From the human T2T-CHM13v2.0 reference genome, Homo sapiens: a stretch of DNA of 64,000 bases. The stretch lies in NCBI RefSeq assembly GCF_009914755.1, contig NC_060945.1; one strand, given 5' to 3'. Positions 41,500 to 54,790 of this stretch are shown one piece after another; positions within the stretch are counted from its first letter, which is position 1; each line of letters begins with the position of its first letter. A model generated the notes under the pieces. The model was not told where the DNA came from. It did no database searches and saw only the letters and a program-made list of their open reading frames with translations. The position numbers and the translations under genes were made by a program.

Positions 41500-42816
41500 G
41501 AAGTAATACATTTCACTGTCTGCTTTTTGCTAAGTTAGCCCTGGTTTATTTTACATACAAAACACCATCACCAGTCTCTGAAGTTCTTAATGTTTAACTG
41601 CCTGTAAAAATGAGAAATTAATCCTGCTCTGCCAGCTTTGGGGAGTTGTGAGAATCAAATTCATTGATGTGAATGTCCTTTGAAAAGAAACATCATTCTA
41701 AAAATATGAGATACATGTGTAAACTGTATTATCGTTTTAGGAATAAAGCCCACAGGTTGATGGGACCTAGTATGTGTTACACATTTCACTTACTGAGAGG
41801 GCCAACTCTGGGTCCTCATTGTTTCCCAAAAAGCTGCCTCAACATTTGATTTAAATAAATACCACTTCGTTATCACTTCCTTGCTTATTCTTTTTCCAAA
41901 CTCTTGTGTGGGAAGGTAAGGCCAGCCATGTGATCAGAGTCTGTTAGAAGAGAGCAAAAGATAGTGGAGGGGAACACACATCTGGGAAAAAAGTCAAGGT
42001 AGTTAAACCACTAAGCCATGAGAGTCACAATCAAGTCAGCTTAAGTGTCACTTTTAGATGCTGCATTATTTGGGGACTCAGCATGAAAGCAAGAGGTCAC
42101 TTTTCCCTGAACCGAAACCTCTGAGTTTTGCACAGTTCTAACTCAAAATGCTGAGGCAGTAAATGTTATTAAAAATGCTTTTCTAAAAGTCAATGCAGTC
42201 TTATTTTGAAAATGAATATTTATTTTCTGGAATGAAATAGAACTTAATATGACAAGAAAGTAGTTTATTGCTTAATATGTTTTTAAAAGTGCACTGCAGG
42301 AAAATGTCCAGCATATTTGAGCCAACAGAAACATGATTACGGAAAATCCCTTCTTATTACATTTAAACCTTTTTGTTAGATATGAATTGTGGTAAGATAT
42401 TATGTATTATACTAAAAGTAAAATAAAATCTAGTGGAATCTTTTGTTACCATAGGGTTTAAATTCATCCCAGAGTCAATCAATTGAGATTATTTAGTAAC
42501 AAGGCCAATGAAAGCAGTCCCAATTTGGAGTAGTTTAAGGCATTGTTACCGCCTCTTCGGCTAATACACTTTATATGGACAGAACTTAGGCCAGTCAGAA
42601 GGCCTGGATTTAAATATGGGTTTAATTTCTTATTGAACAAGTCATGTCACCAAAGTCACAAACTATATCTGATTTAAATCACTTCAGAGTGAGTTTAGCT
42701 TCAAGTAACAGAATAGCCAGATAATAATAGTTTAAACAAACAAGTATTTATTTTCTTATGTTATTGGAAAGAGGGTGTTACTGGAAATAAGTTGTTGAAC
42801 TATTGCAGAAATGTTA

Positions 42817-43144
<328 letters not shown>

Positions 43145-44279
43145 TTAGTCTTTCTGCTTCCCATCCTTATTATTTGGCTTTTTTATCCGTAGTGGCAAAG
43201 ATGGCTTTTATATCTCAAAGCATCATGGCTTCAAAGGACAAAAGGGAAAGAGAAGGGAGGCAACATGTTTTCTCCTTTTGAAGTTCTGTGCTTTCATTTG
43301 AAAAAGAAAGTTCTTCCTAGCAGATATTGGCTTGGGTATTGTTAGCCATAACTCAGTTATATTATTAATCCCAAGCACAGGGTAATGAGAGTACCAGGAC
43401 TGGTTTAGATCAATTATAATTCATAACTCTGTGGCTAAAATAAGACCTTACCATGAGTTCAAGAGATTTTCAACTGAAGAAATATCAGATCCCTGTTAGC
43501 AGAAAGACGGTAGAGCAGAGCTAGAGCTGTGGGTAAGTACAATTCATTCTCTCCCACAGTAACTTCTGTGGTAAAACTACACTATGCATCTTGTTTGCCT
43601 CCCAGTTTAGACCCATTGTTCTTGCATAATTATTTGCAGTGTCACCTGGGATAAGCTCATTGAATGGAGAAGGGTGGAAAAACTAAGAGGCTGGTGGAGA
43701 CTTGCCTTGCTTCTTAAGGCATCAATTCAGAAACTGCACTCTCACATTGGCTCATATTCTGTTGGTCATAAGGCCAAGGCCAGAGCTTGTGGGATAGGGA
43801 CAAGTACTCCACATCCAGTTGTACAATCTATAAAGTCAAGTGGCAAATTGTACAGAAAGTCCTAGTAGAACAGAAGAAAATTGCAAATGCAGAGGTTGGA
43901 TTTGTTTTCCCTCCAATAGAAGCCTAAAAGCCAGTTTGGGTACTTGAGTGGTATGGGTGATATTCTACTGGGAAAATTTGCTATATAAATTTTAATGAGC
44001 TGAGTGGTACATTTCCCAAATATAAGATGAATAAATGAAGTCAGTGTTTCACTGAATAATTGGATGTCTAAACAGCATTTATAAAAACTATAAATGATTA
44101 TTGCACATTATTGACCTCCAGGATAAAACTGTATGATTTGTTTAAACACATAATCTAGTCATTGTATTTTAATCAATAAAATAATGCAAAAATCAAAGAA
44201 AGTAATAAATGTATGACAATTTATTTTTAACTAGATTATTTGTTTTGCTGTCTTGTTTACCTTACTTTTTCATCTTTAG

Positions 44280-44427
44280 AGTAATTACTTTAGGCTATAA
44301 GAGACCTTTGGAAAGAGAGGATCTTTTTGAACTAAAGGAAAGTGATTCCTTCTGCACTGCGTGTCCCATCTTTGAAAAACAATGGAGAAAGGAAGTTTTA
44401 AGGAATCAAGAGAGGCAAAAAGTAAAG
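44280..44427 (+). CDS. ABCC13: ABCC13 exon 3 (148 nt), RVITLGYKRPLEREDLF...QERQKVK
   Basis: Acceptor catctttag|, donor AAG|GTAATT; GYKRPL..EDL lasso motif; lies inside ORF 44209..44451. Confidence 0.94.
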
Positions 44428-45133
44428 GTAATTAATTATGAAGTTCTATAAACTCCTGAAGTGATTACTGCCTGACAACTAGATAAAGCTTTTTTCAAGT
44501 ATGAGATACTATTATTAATATCGAAATTTGTAAAATGTGTGAAATGACAATCTATTTTTATAAGCATAATTTGTTGCTATTGCAGCCCATTTCTGTCTTC
44601 AAACTACTCAACATTCCTTCTCTTTAATGTTCAGGAGCAAATGTGTTGATATGCATGTATATATCTTTGGCTCCTTACCAGTGGTGACAAAGATAGCTTC
44701 TGTATCTCAGAGCATCATGTCTATTGGTCAAAGCAAATTATATGGTGGCCAAAATTGAAGTTTATGGGAGCAGGAGCAGACACTCCACCTCTAGCATCAT
44801 ATGCATATATATTATTTTCAGACTTCTCCAAAAGAAAATATAATTTGGAGATAAAAACTGTATTTATGTTAATTAAATAGTTTCAAAACTCACAAAAATA
44901 ATAAAATGCAACTATTGCACTTGTCCCTTTATGCCATGTGGTATAAGTAACACCACCTACCATCTCAATGATATGGGTCATAATTTCAAGTTTAACTGAT
45001 TTATTCCTTTCTTATTACCTTATTGTCTTTAGAGCAATATTGTTAATTGTATAAGTAGTTTAGTTATATTTCATTTTATTAATATTAGTTGTGTCCAATT
45101 TTCTCATTGTGTCTATTTTCTTTAGTTATGTAG

Positions 45134-45276
45134 GTATCTTGTTATAAAGAGGCACATATCAAGAAACCATCTCTACTCTATGCATTGTGGAACACCTTTA
45201 AATCCATCCTGATTCAAGTTGCCTTATTCAAAGTGTTTGCTGATATTTTGTCCTTCACTAGCCCACTCATAATGAA
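45134..45276 (+). CDS. ABCC13: ABCC13 exon 4 (143 nt), VSCYKEAHIKKPSLLYALWNTF...SFTSPLIMK, first TMD1 helix
   Basis: Acceptor tatgtag|, donor AA|GTAAGT; KPSL..AL..TF and D.L.F.SP motifs of ABCC1/2; in phase with exons 3 and 5. Confidence 0.92.
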
Positions 45277-45509
45277 GTAAGTTAAAGTCTGGTGGGTTTT
45301 TTTTCCCTCCTCACAGATAAATGAAAAGTAAGTATTCTAATATAAAAGTTCTAATACAAAAGAGTAGAGAAGGTTCTTATTGCAAATATTATTAGGATGT
45401 GGACATGCTATTAGGGTTATCTACAATATAAATGGGAATTAGGATAATATAGTCAATATCTAATAAAGTCAACCCTGTACTAAGCACTGCTCTAAAATCT
45501 TATATTAAT

Positions 45510-46001
45510 TTTATTAAGCAAGGGTTCGCCAGAGAAACAGAACCAATAGGATATATAAGCCCAAATAAGAGGGGATTTATTATGGGAATTGGCTCTCGCA
45601 ATTATGGAGGCCAAGAAGTCCCACAGTCTTGCATTTGCAAGCTAGAGACTCAGGAAAGACAGTGGCATAATGCAGTCTGAGTCCAAAGGCCAGGTAACCT
45701 TGAGTTCTGACGTCCACGGGCAGGAGAAGGTGGATATTTCAGCTCCAGGAAAGAGAGCTAATTCACTCTCTCTTTACCTTCTTGTTCTATCCAGGCCCTC
45801 AACAAATTGGATGAGGCACTATGCCCTGGGATCATCCTTACTCAGTCTACTGATTCAAATGCTAATCTCTTCCAGAAACAGCCTCACAGACACACCCAGA
45901 CATCTGGTAGATGGTAAAACATTATTTAAATGTTATTAAACAGAAATAATGTTTTACCATCTCTTCACCAGTCAAGTTGACACGTAAAATTAACCATCAC
46001 A
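45510..46001 (-). mobile_element. MLT2 (ERVL) LTR
   Basis: AGGGTTC.CCAGAGAAACAGAACCAATAGGA...CAAGTTGACAC.TAAAATTAACCATCACA. Confidence 0.85.
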
Positions 46002-48186
46002 TTGGTAATCTCATTTAATCTTTACTACACTCCTGCAACATAGACAGTATTATTACATTCAGTATTACAATGGCAGAAACAGACAGAAAGGGTGGAGTAA
46101 TTTGTCCAAGTCCCCACAGCTAGAAAGTGCCAGAGTCGTAATTGAAATCTAGGAAGTCTCGCTTGAATGTATGCGATACATATTTTCACTACGATACTTA
46201 GTTGTGGCCTTTTGAGAGTTGAGCTTTAACAGCCATGGCAATTACACACACACACAAACATACACTCACACACACAATTACTATGTATAACATATATGAA
46301 CATATATTATTATTACCTAATATATGTATATTTCTGTGCATCTCTATATCTAGATATGGACATAGTAAAATGACTTGAAACATTTCTATAATATCTACCT
46401 GCAATGGTTTACAGGCAGACAATGAAATTGATCTTTTGACTGTGCCACCTTTTTCAAGGAAACCTTGACTTATACCTAGCTGTCATATGAAGGAAATGCA
46501 AAGAAACATATATTTTATTAACTGGTGATTATATTTTTACTATTGAAAAATTTCCAAGTTGTTAGAGTTTTTAATAACCATTTAATTCATGAAAATATCA
46601 TTAATCCTGCATTACTTAGATCCCATATGATATTCAGGAATATATTCATTCAATATTTATTGAGCACCTATGCATGCCAAAACTGTTCTAGGTCGACTGC
46701 GGGGACAGAACAAAAATCAAAACAAAGAACCTGCTCTGATGACACTTAGAGGGGAGAGATGAAAGCCAAACAAATGAATAAACATAAATGATACCATCAG
46801 TGCTTAGGAACAAAGTAAAGTAGGGTAAGGGAATGCCAGTCTGAGGAGTTAGAAGTTACCGTTTTATGTAAGGTAATTATGAAAGACATTGGTGATAAGG
46901 TGACATTTGGTCACAGTTCTGAAGGAAGTTAGGGAGGAAGCCAAGAAAATATCTATTGTGATTAAAGGTAGCAGGAAGGGCAAAAGTCATGAAGAAGCTC
47001 ATGCTTGATATCTCTGAGGGCCTGCAAGGAGGCAAAGTGAGGTTGGAGCAGAGAGCTGGAAAGGTAAGACTGAGGTCAGAAAGGTGCAGAGATGAAAAGA
47101 TTTTGAAGGACCTTATGAAATATGATGGGAATATTGGCTTTTAGTCCACATTAGCAGGGAAGAATTTGGAAGATTTTGAGCAAAAAAACAATGATCTGCT
47201 TAGACTTAAGTCTTATAGGAATGACTCTGGCTGCTATGTGGGGAATAAAATCAAGACGTGCAAGAGTGGAAGAAGAAACACCAGTTAGAAGTTTGTTTGC
47301 GATAATCCAAGCAAAAGTTAATGGTGGCTTCAACTAGGTAGTAGCAATAAGGGTGATAAGAAGTGGTCAGACTCTGGTTGTGTTTTAAAGGTAGAGTTAA
47401 CAGAATATACTGGTGGACTGAATGTAGGTTGAGAGAGGAAGCGAGAAGTTAAGGATGCCTTCAAAATTTTTGTTTAGATCATCAGGTAAATGAGTCAGCA
47501 TATCCTTGTAGTATGTCACAGTATACGCCCAAATTGTTTTCACCATATTGCATGTGCTATATAGCCTTTTAAATTTAACACTATTTTCAGTCGCATTGAT
47601 GCAGTTTTAAAAAGGTGAAATCATGCTTAAAATATTATTACCAGTGAACATCAGGCACTCTGAGTTTTAGACAATGTTTATAGTTGAGGGACTATCAGCC
47701 GAGATACTTGTAATTAGAACCATCCCCACTGTTTTTCTGCTCCCCAGCATTGGCCCTAATCATCCTGATCATGCTGTCACAAACTTAAGAGGAAATAAGG
47801 AAAAGGAGAGAAAAAAGAAATTGGTTATGAATAAAAGTGACAATAAAACATGAGATATAAATCAAGCTTAAAAAAAAAAAGCAGCACCTGTGGGCCATAC
47901 TAAAAGATCCCCTACTTACGTTCTGGTTGTCATGTTTCCCTGTATTTGATAAAACACATAATTTTGAGAAAAATAAAGTTTTAAATGTATCTATGTCTCG
48001 ACTTTTCTGATGAAGTTATACCAGAAAAGTTAATTATTTGATGGGCCTGCCATGTGAAAACCAGAAAATAACCTCGTACTCACAAGCCAGTGGAAGGGAT
48101 TCCTGATTTTACTAAAAAAAAAAAAAAAAAAGAGAGGGCGGGGACAAATATCAAATTAAGCAAGTAAAGAAAAAGAACAGGTAAGA

Positions 48187-48210
48187 GTGTGTGTGTGTGT
48201 GTGTGTGTGT
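48187..48210 (+). repeat. (GT)12 in intron 4
   Basis: Seen directly. Confidence 0.96.
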
Positions 48211-48299
48211 AACACTTTGACAATACTAAACTCTCATAAGCATTTAACACTTCAGATGTTTAACATTTCTGCCCCTTTCTCAATTTTTATGACGTGCAG

Positions 48300-48477
48300 G
48301 CAAATTATCATTTTCTGTGAACACAGCTCAGATTTTGGCTGGAATGGCTATGGCTATGCAGTGGCACTTCTTGTTGTAGTCTTTTTGCAAACTCTGATTC
48401 TTCAGCAATATCAACGTTTTAACATGCTCACCTCAGCAAAAGTTAAGACAGCTGTAAATGGACTGATCTACAAAAAG
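48300..48477 (+). CDS. ABCC13: ABCC13 exon 5 (178 nt), QIIIFCEHSSDFGWNGYGYA...NGLIYKK
   Basis: Acceptor gtgcag|, donor AAG|GTAAAA; W.GY.YA, QTL.LQQY and .IYKK motifs; lies inside ORF 48187..48555. Confidence 0.94.
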
Positions 48478-49899
48478 GTAAAAATTCCAAGGAATCCCCA
48501 TTCCTGGGTGGACTACTCCCTTATGTGCTTTAAAATAAGGGGGCTAGAAAAATAGGGGAGTATATCAAAAAGTCCTTAGGAAATCCTTTGTATATACATT
48601 TGTTTTGCTTTAAAAGAACTTTGGCTCATCGATACTGGTTGCATTAATTTCTCTTTAGTACATGTTCTCTCTCTCTCTTTCTCTCTCTCTGGTCTTTACA
48701 ACTTCTAGTCAGCCCTAATCCATTACATTAAAGATAATCTTTGTTTAATCTTATGCCACCTAACTGCTACTCACAAAGTGAGTGGAATTGAATATTTTCA
48801 TGGTTTTCTATATGTATGCATCAATAAAAGCTCTCCTTTTCACAATATTATTTTCAGTCTTCATATTACCTTTTCCTTTCTCCTCTGGGAACTTCATTTT
48901 TATGCAATAAAGTCACTCATTTTTATACTGTCATTCCCCATTTCTCTCTTATTCTAAGTCCTGCCTCCCAAAGTTGGCTGATCTTTATTCCTGGCATAAC
49001 CCTAAAGTTTAATTAGTCCTTTTTTTAAACACTACCTCTTTACCATGGAGGGTCTTTTATTTACAACATAATTATAAACAGTTAAAGAGCTTCCTCCCGC
49101 CCCTAGTTATCAAGTAATTATCCCAGCAACAAGTGTACTTTGTTCCCGCTTTGCACTCTGATTTAAATTGTAGGTTCATCAGGATTTGGAATAGAAATTT
49201 ATTTAGCTGTTGTATCCATATCATACAAGACAATGACTTTTATACTTTATTAAAGTTGGATTACTGAATGAATGAATGAATGAATGAACAAGTGAGCCCC
49301 TGCTTTCCAAATAAATTGAGGGAAGTGTTAGCATACATAACAAACATGTGGAACTAAATGCAGATTTTATAGGAGATCAGATGAACAGAAAATCTACAAG
49401 GGGTTGTACATAGTTAAGGAAGTTTTCACATAGGAAGTCTTGAAAAGGTCTTTGAGAGAGCTATTGACTTTGTGTAAGGGGAAGGAAGTGTTATAATTTG
49501 GGCTGAGCTGGACATAAAGCATTACAGGCCATTTTGATCTTTGGGCCACAATGGGGGCATGAAGTGGTTTTATGGATCTTGGAAAGCCAAGTACAAATTG
49601 AGCAGTAAATGGTAACTGAACTTGCAGCAGAGTTTAGCTCTGTAGAACTCAGTCCACATACAGGATTAGAGGGGCTGTCCCAGTCCTAATTCTAGAGGCA
49701 GTATGTGCTGCCTCCAATATGGAATAAAGATACAGAAGAATCTAGAAACTGGTTTGAATGCTAACACTTGTTTTGTTATATAGTCCATATGGAACAGGAT
49801 TTTATTCCATGATTAGAGCATTGGAGTTTAGACATGAGATGTAGGTGGATTTACAAACATAAAAGACTAAACTGCCATGAAAGAGTGAATGCAGAAGCA

Positions 49900-50215
49900 T
49901 AAAATGTGGAGCACGGATCACTTTCAGAGCAATAAACCACTCTGTGTGATAGTATAATCGTGAATGTATGTCATTATACATTTGTACAAACCCACAGAAT
50001 GTACAACACCAAGAGTGAACCCTAATGCAAACTATAGACTTCGGGTGATAATGATGTGTCAATGTGGTTTCATCGGCTGTGACAAATGTACCCCTCTGTG
50101 GAGGATGTTGATAATGGGGGAGGCTATGAACATGCAGGATAAGGAGTATATGAGATTTCTTTGTACCTTTCTCTCAGTTTTGCTGTGAACCTAAAACTGC
50201 TCTAAATAAAAGCAG
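49900..50215 (+). mobile_element. L1MB/MC 3' end
   Basis: AAACCCACAGAATGTACAACACCAAGAGTGAACCCTAATG...AACCTAAAACTGCTCTAAA. Confidence 0.8.
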
Positions 50216-50220
50216 TCCTT

Positions 50221-50807
50221 TGTAGGGGCAGAAAGGTGTAATACCTCTTTTCATCCATCATAAGAGTTGCAGTGGACATTCCTATAGCAAAAGACAGGTT
50301 GAAAAGAGAAAAATAAAACAAGTTAATTTAATTAAAATTTACTTCTTCAGAAGTAAGACCCAATGATCCAGGGAAAACTGTCTATTCTTATGCTTAGGTT
50401 CTATAGAGAATAGACAGCAGTGTAGAAATGTGATCAGACAAAAGGGTGTGATCTAATAGTAAGGGACTGAGAGGAGACACCCAGCATGGCCTTTCCATTC
50501 AAATTCTTCCTGGCCTCTCTGTATAGTATTCCTTTCCCTGGATATTGGATAGGACCCTTCTGGAATGATGGTCTTCAAGAGAGACGGGAAAAAGTGTTAC
50601 CTTTCTAAGTTAAATGAGGCTTGTTTGAGAGGGGTTCTAGTTCTGTGACTCACTTTTGGAAAAAGGAAAGAAAGAGGAGTGGGAGACAAAAGGGCTGGAG
50701 AGGGTCAGAGAGACTTTGCTTCTGAGGCCTTCCCAATGTTCTTCAGTTCCAAGTGCTCAGCATGCCAAGGTGCCACATTTTGGGGTATCATGTTCTGAGT
50801 CCAAACA
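50221..50807 (-). mobile_element. MER4-group ERV1 LTR (MER39/MER34-like)
   Basis: Ends GTGCCACATTTTGGGGTATCATGTTCTGAG, the reverse complement of the MER34/39 start. Confidence 0.65.
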
Positions 50808-51214
50808 CCTTAAATGTAAAAACAGAATGGACTGAAGTAGAAATTAGAGCAAGCTGTTAGAAATTAAAAAGAGAAACAAGTGTCATCATTGAGTCTTGCA
50901 AAGTGGGAATAGTGACTACAGGGGATAGACCTTGTATAGTTCCTTAAAGATTGTTTAAGATTAAGGGACACTGAAGGATCAAAGGAGTATTGCTATCAAG
51001 CCTACTCTGTGGACCCTGTAGTGGATATTACAGTGTAACAGGAGACACAAGTCTCTCTCCATGAGGTGAACAGGGATTGTTAAATTTCCCTTCTTCTTTA
51101 TAGGTTTTAGAATTCCAGATGACTCATACTTCTCTGAAATTGGCCATACTTCATCAGGGACTTGTGACTAGAATAGGGTAAAGTTGGTCTCAGGTCCTTT
51201 TCTTGGTGAGGGGT

Positions 51215-51581
51215 TGTATTAGTCTATGTTCACACTGCTATATAGATACTATCTGATACTGGGTAATTTACAAAGGAAAGAGGTTTAATTGACTCATAGT
51301 TCTGCGTGGCTGGGTAGGCCTCAGGAAGCTTACGATCATGGTGGAAGGTGAAGGGGAAGCAAGGCACTTCTTACTTGGCAGCAAGAGAGAGAGGGAGAGC
51401 AAACGGGAAAGTGCCACTTTTAAGCCATCAGATCTCATGAGAACTCACTCACTACCATGAGAACAGCACAGGGGAAACTGCCTCCATGATCCAATCACCT
51501 CTCACCAGGTCCCTCCCTCGCCACATAGGGTTTATAATTCCAGATGAGATTTGGGTGGGGACACAGAACAAAACTATATCA
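51215..51581 (-). mobile_element. MSTA/THE1D-like solo LTR
   Basis: TG...CA termini; perfect TSD GGGGT. Confidence 0.9.
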
Positions 51582-51809
51582 GGGGTGCAGGTATCAGGAT
51601 GTGCTTTGTTCCTTATCCATCCACAATTACTAGTGTAAGTTTGGAATAAAGTTCAGGGAATATCATTTTTAGGTTTGCAAGAAAGAACATGGGCCTCCTT
51701 CCACTTGATGACTTTAAGATTCTGTGGATCTCAAAACTCAGATTCTGTTACCCCTTAGTTCACAGGTTCAAGCTCCATGAAAATTCTTGGAGACTAAAAA
51801 ACAAAACAT

Positions 51810-52338
51810 GACTCCAAAGAAATCATTATATCAAAAAGATAACTTCACTTGTTTGTTGATCACAGCACTATTCACAACAGCAAGGATATGAAATCAACCT
51901 AAGTGTCCATCAACAGATGATCAGATAAAGAAAATGTGCTGTATATGTCTGTGTACACACACACACATGCACACACACACGCACACACACACACATACAC
52001 ATATATATACACACACACACACCATGGAATACTACTCAGTCATACAAAAGGAATGGAATCATGTCACATTTGCTAGATCATGGATAGAATTGGAGGCCAT
52101 TATCTTAAGTGAAATAACTCAGAAACAGAAAGTCAGATACCACATGTTCTCATTTATAAGTGGAAGCTAAATAACGTGTACACATGGACGTACAGAGTGA
52201 AATAATAGATATTGGAGACTAGGATGGCTGGGAGGGTGGGTAATGGTAAGGGATGAGAAACACCATGACCCAATATAGCCATGTAACAAAACTGCATTTG
52301 TACCCCCAAATCTATAAATTAAAAATAAAAAAAAAAGA
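51810..52338 (+). mobile_element. L1PB/L1MA 3' end with an internal (CA)n tract
   Basis: TMEYYS...WIELEAIILSEITQKQK is the L1 ORF2 C-terminus; poly-A tail. Confidence 0.88.
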
Positions 52339-52407
52339 ACTTTTTTTAAAAAGAAGCATCAATTAAACCTGGGTTTAATGTGGGCAGTCTGGGGGAATTC
52401 CTCCATT

Positions 52408-52612
52408 AAGCGTTGTCCAATAGAGTTTTTGTGATTTTTTTTAAAAATGTTCTGTATTTGCACTGTACAGTATGGTAGGCACTAATCACATATGGCTGCT
52501 GAGCCCTTGAAATGTAACTAGTACAACTAAAGAAGTCCATTTTTAATTTTAATTAATTTAAATTTTAATATAATAACCACATCTGGCTAGTGGCTACCAT
52601 ATTGGCTAGTAT
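52408..52612. mobile_element. MER3-like hAT element
   Basis: TGTCCAATAG...CTAGTGGCTACCATATTGG. Confidence 0.7.
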
Positions 52613-53809
52613 GGTGTCTACACTGTCTCCATTTGTAGTTTAAAGGTGTTATCTTACTTTAATTATGGTAATTATAAAACGCAAAAAAAATGGTAAAAAT
52701 TTAGTTACATTCTTAAAGTAGAGATACTTAAGTATAGTCAGGAGAAGGAGAGACAGAATCCAAATCCTGCCCTTAGAGTCAGAAAGAGAATCTTGGCATA
52801 TTTATTGGCACACAAGGGATTGAAGAATGCATTCTTATAAGTGTTATGTGCTGCCACCTTCAGCTTTACCATTTCTCATACTTCTGGTTGAAGATCATTG
52901 GGATGTGAATTTTTGGAGCCCTTGCGGCTCTACATTAAATGATGTGTATTACTTGCAGCTAGGATGGTCAGGAAAAGTGTCATGGTTAATATTGCATGAT
53001 GTGGGTCATGGAATAATGGAAGGATACATTGCATGGGGTAAAGGCTCTGATGTTAGAATAACTTGGGAGAAAAAAAGTACAGAAATGCGTACAAGGCCTG
53101 CTCAGAAAATGGTGAGTAGATTAAATCGGCTTGAGACAATGTTTTATGTCCAGAATGGTGGGGAGAGATAGTAAAGGCAGAAGGGATTGCTTAAAAAAAA
53201 AAAAAAACTTGAAAGCTATATTTTTAAAATGTACCTGAATTCTATAGGAAATTGGGACCCAGCTGAGCCATAAGATGGATGATCAGGACAAAAGGATTAA
53301 AAACAGATGAGATGGGAAAGAAGGAGACCCTTAGAGCTAGTGCAATAATTGAAGAAATAAAGAAATGAAGAACTAGGGTCATGGCATGGAGTCTAGAAAG
53401 TAACAAATATATAAGAAGGAGAATGTGAAATTGCAAAACAAATTTCATCGTCAGTTCATAAAATGAAATATTAAGGACTGAACTAGTGATAATCAAGATT
53501 GTGGGGCTTGGAACTATATCTGGTTCATGTTGATTTTCTTAGAGCATAATTCAATTAGGGAAATGAATGAAGTTTTAAAAACAGATGAGTCACACAGCTT
53601 TATGTGTGTGTGTGAGTGTGTGGGTGTATTAAGATGTGTATGATATGAAAATACTGTAGAAAACAAATCTAAAACTTGGATAGAATTTTAAAGTAACAGC
53701 TTCTTAGAAAAGTGATTAGGTAACAAATGACCTGGCTAATTTTCATTTTGATTGAAGAGTACTTAGAAGCTTCCAAACTTTTAACATTGTTTTAAATTTC
53801 CTTTCTTTT

Positions 53810-53997
53810 ATTTGTTTATTTACTTATTTTTATTTTTTATTTATTTATTATTTATTTATTTATTTATTCATTCATTTATTTATTTATTTATTTTGAGACG
53901 GAGTCTCGCTCTGTCACCCAGGCTGGAGTGCAGCGGCGCGATCTCGGCTCACTGCAAGCTCCGCCTGGGATTACAGGCGTGAGTCACCGCGCCCGGC
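53810..53997 (-). mobile_element. Internally deleted mini-AluY (about 104-bp body) with (TTTA)n tail
   Basis: Both Alu ends present; TSD ATTTCCTTTCTTTT at 53796 and 54000. Confidence 0.92.
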
Positions 53998-54374
53998 AGA
54001 TTTCCTTTCTTTTCACCTGAATCACATTTTTCCTCCTGTAACAGACTAAAGTACTTCCTACCAGACAATTCTAGAAATGTTACACCATCCGCTGTAATTG
54101 GCACATATTACAGTATTCTTTCAAGTTGTTTCGTATAACAAAAAGGCAGCTTAGATTGTATAATTTAGCAATAAATGGTAACTAAATTGTCCTTCGTGGC
54201 TTGTGAATTTTGTCTCTTTCAGAAATGTAAAGGCTTATTTGGCAGAAAAAAATATTGAAGAAAAAAAACCCAAAAATTTGAAAAAATTCCCCTAGTGTTA
54301 GAAATGCCATACAAACAACCTTCAATTATATAATACCTTTCAGTATTTTCTCTAATAGTCTAAAAGCAATTGAT

Positions 54375-54790
54375 TTTTTCTTTTATTATTGTAAAAAAAG
54401 TAACATGAAATCTATCATTTTAATACATTTTAAGCTTAAAAAGGATTTATTGCTAACTATAGGTGCAATATATTACAGCAGATCTCTAGAACTTACTCGT
54501 CTTGGTTATCTAAAACTTTGTACCTGTTGAGCACTAACTTCCCGGTTTTCCCTTCCCCCCACCACCCTTGGAATCACCATTGCAGTGTCTGATTTTATGA
54601 AATTGACCGTTTGAGATACCTCATGTAAGAGAATTCATCCAGTATTTATTTTTCTGTGTCTAGCTTATTTCACTTAGCATAACGGCTTAAGGTCCATCCA
54701 TGTTGTCTCATATTTCAGAGTTGTCTTCTTTTTTAAGCCTGAATAGTCATTTATCCAAAGAAGACATATAAACGACTAATGACATATACG
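54375..54790 (-). mobile_element. L1MA/MB 3' end with a short inverted segment (54739-54790)
   Basis: GCTTATTTCACTTAGCATAA on the minus-strand part, then plus-strand CCAAAGAAGACATA. Confidence 0.75.
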
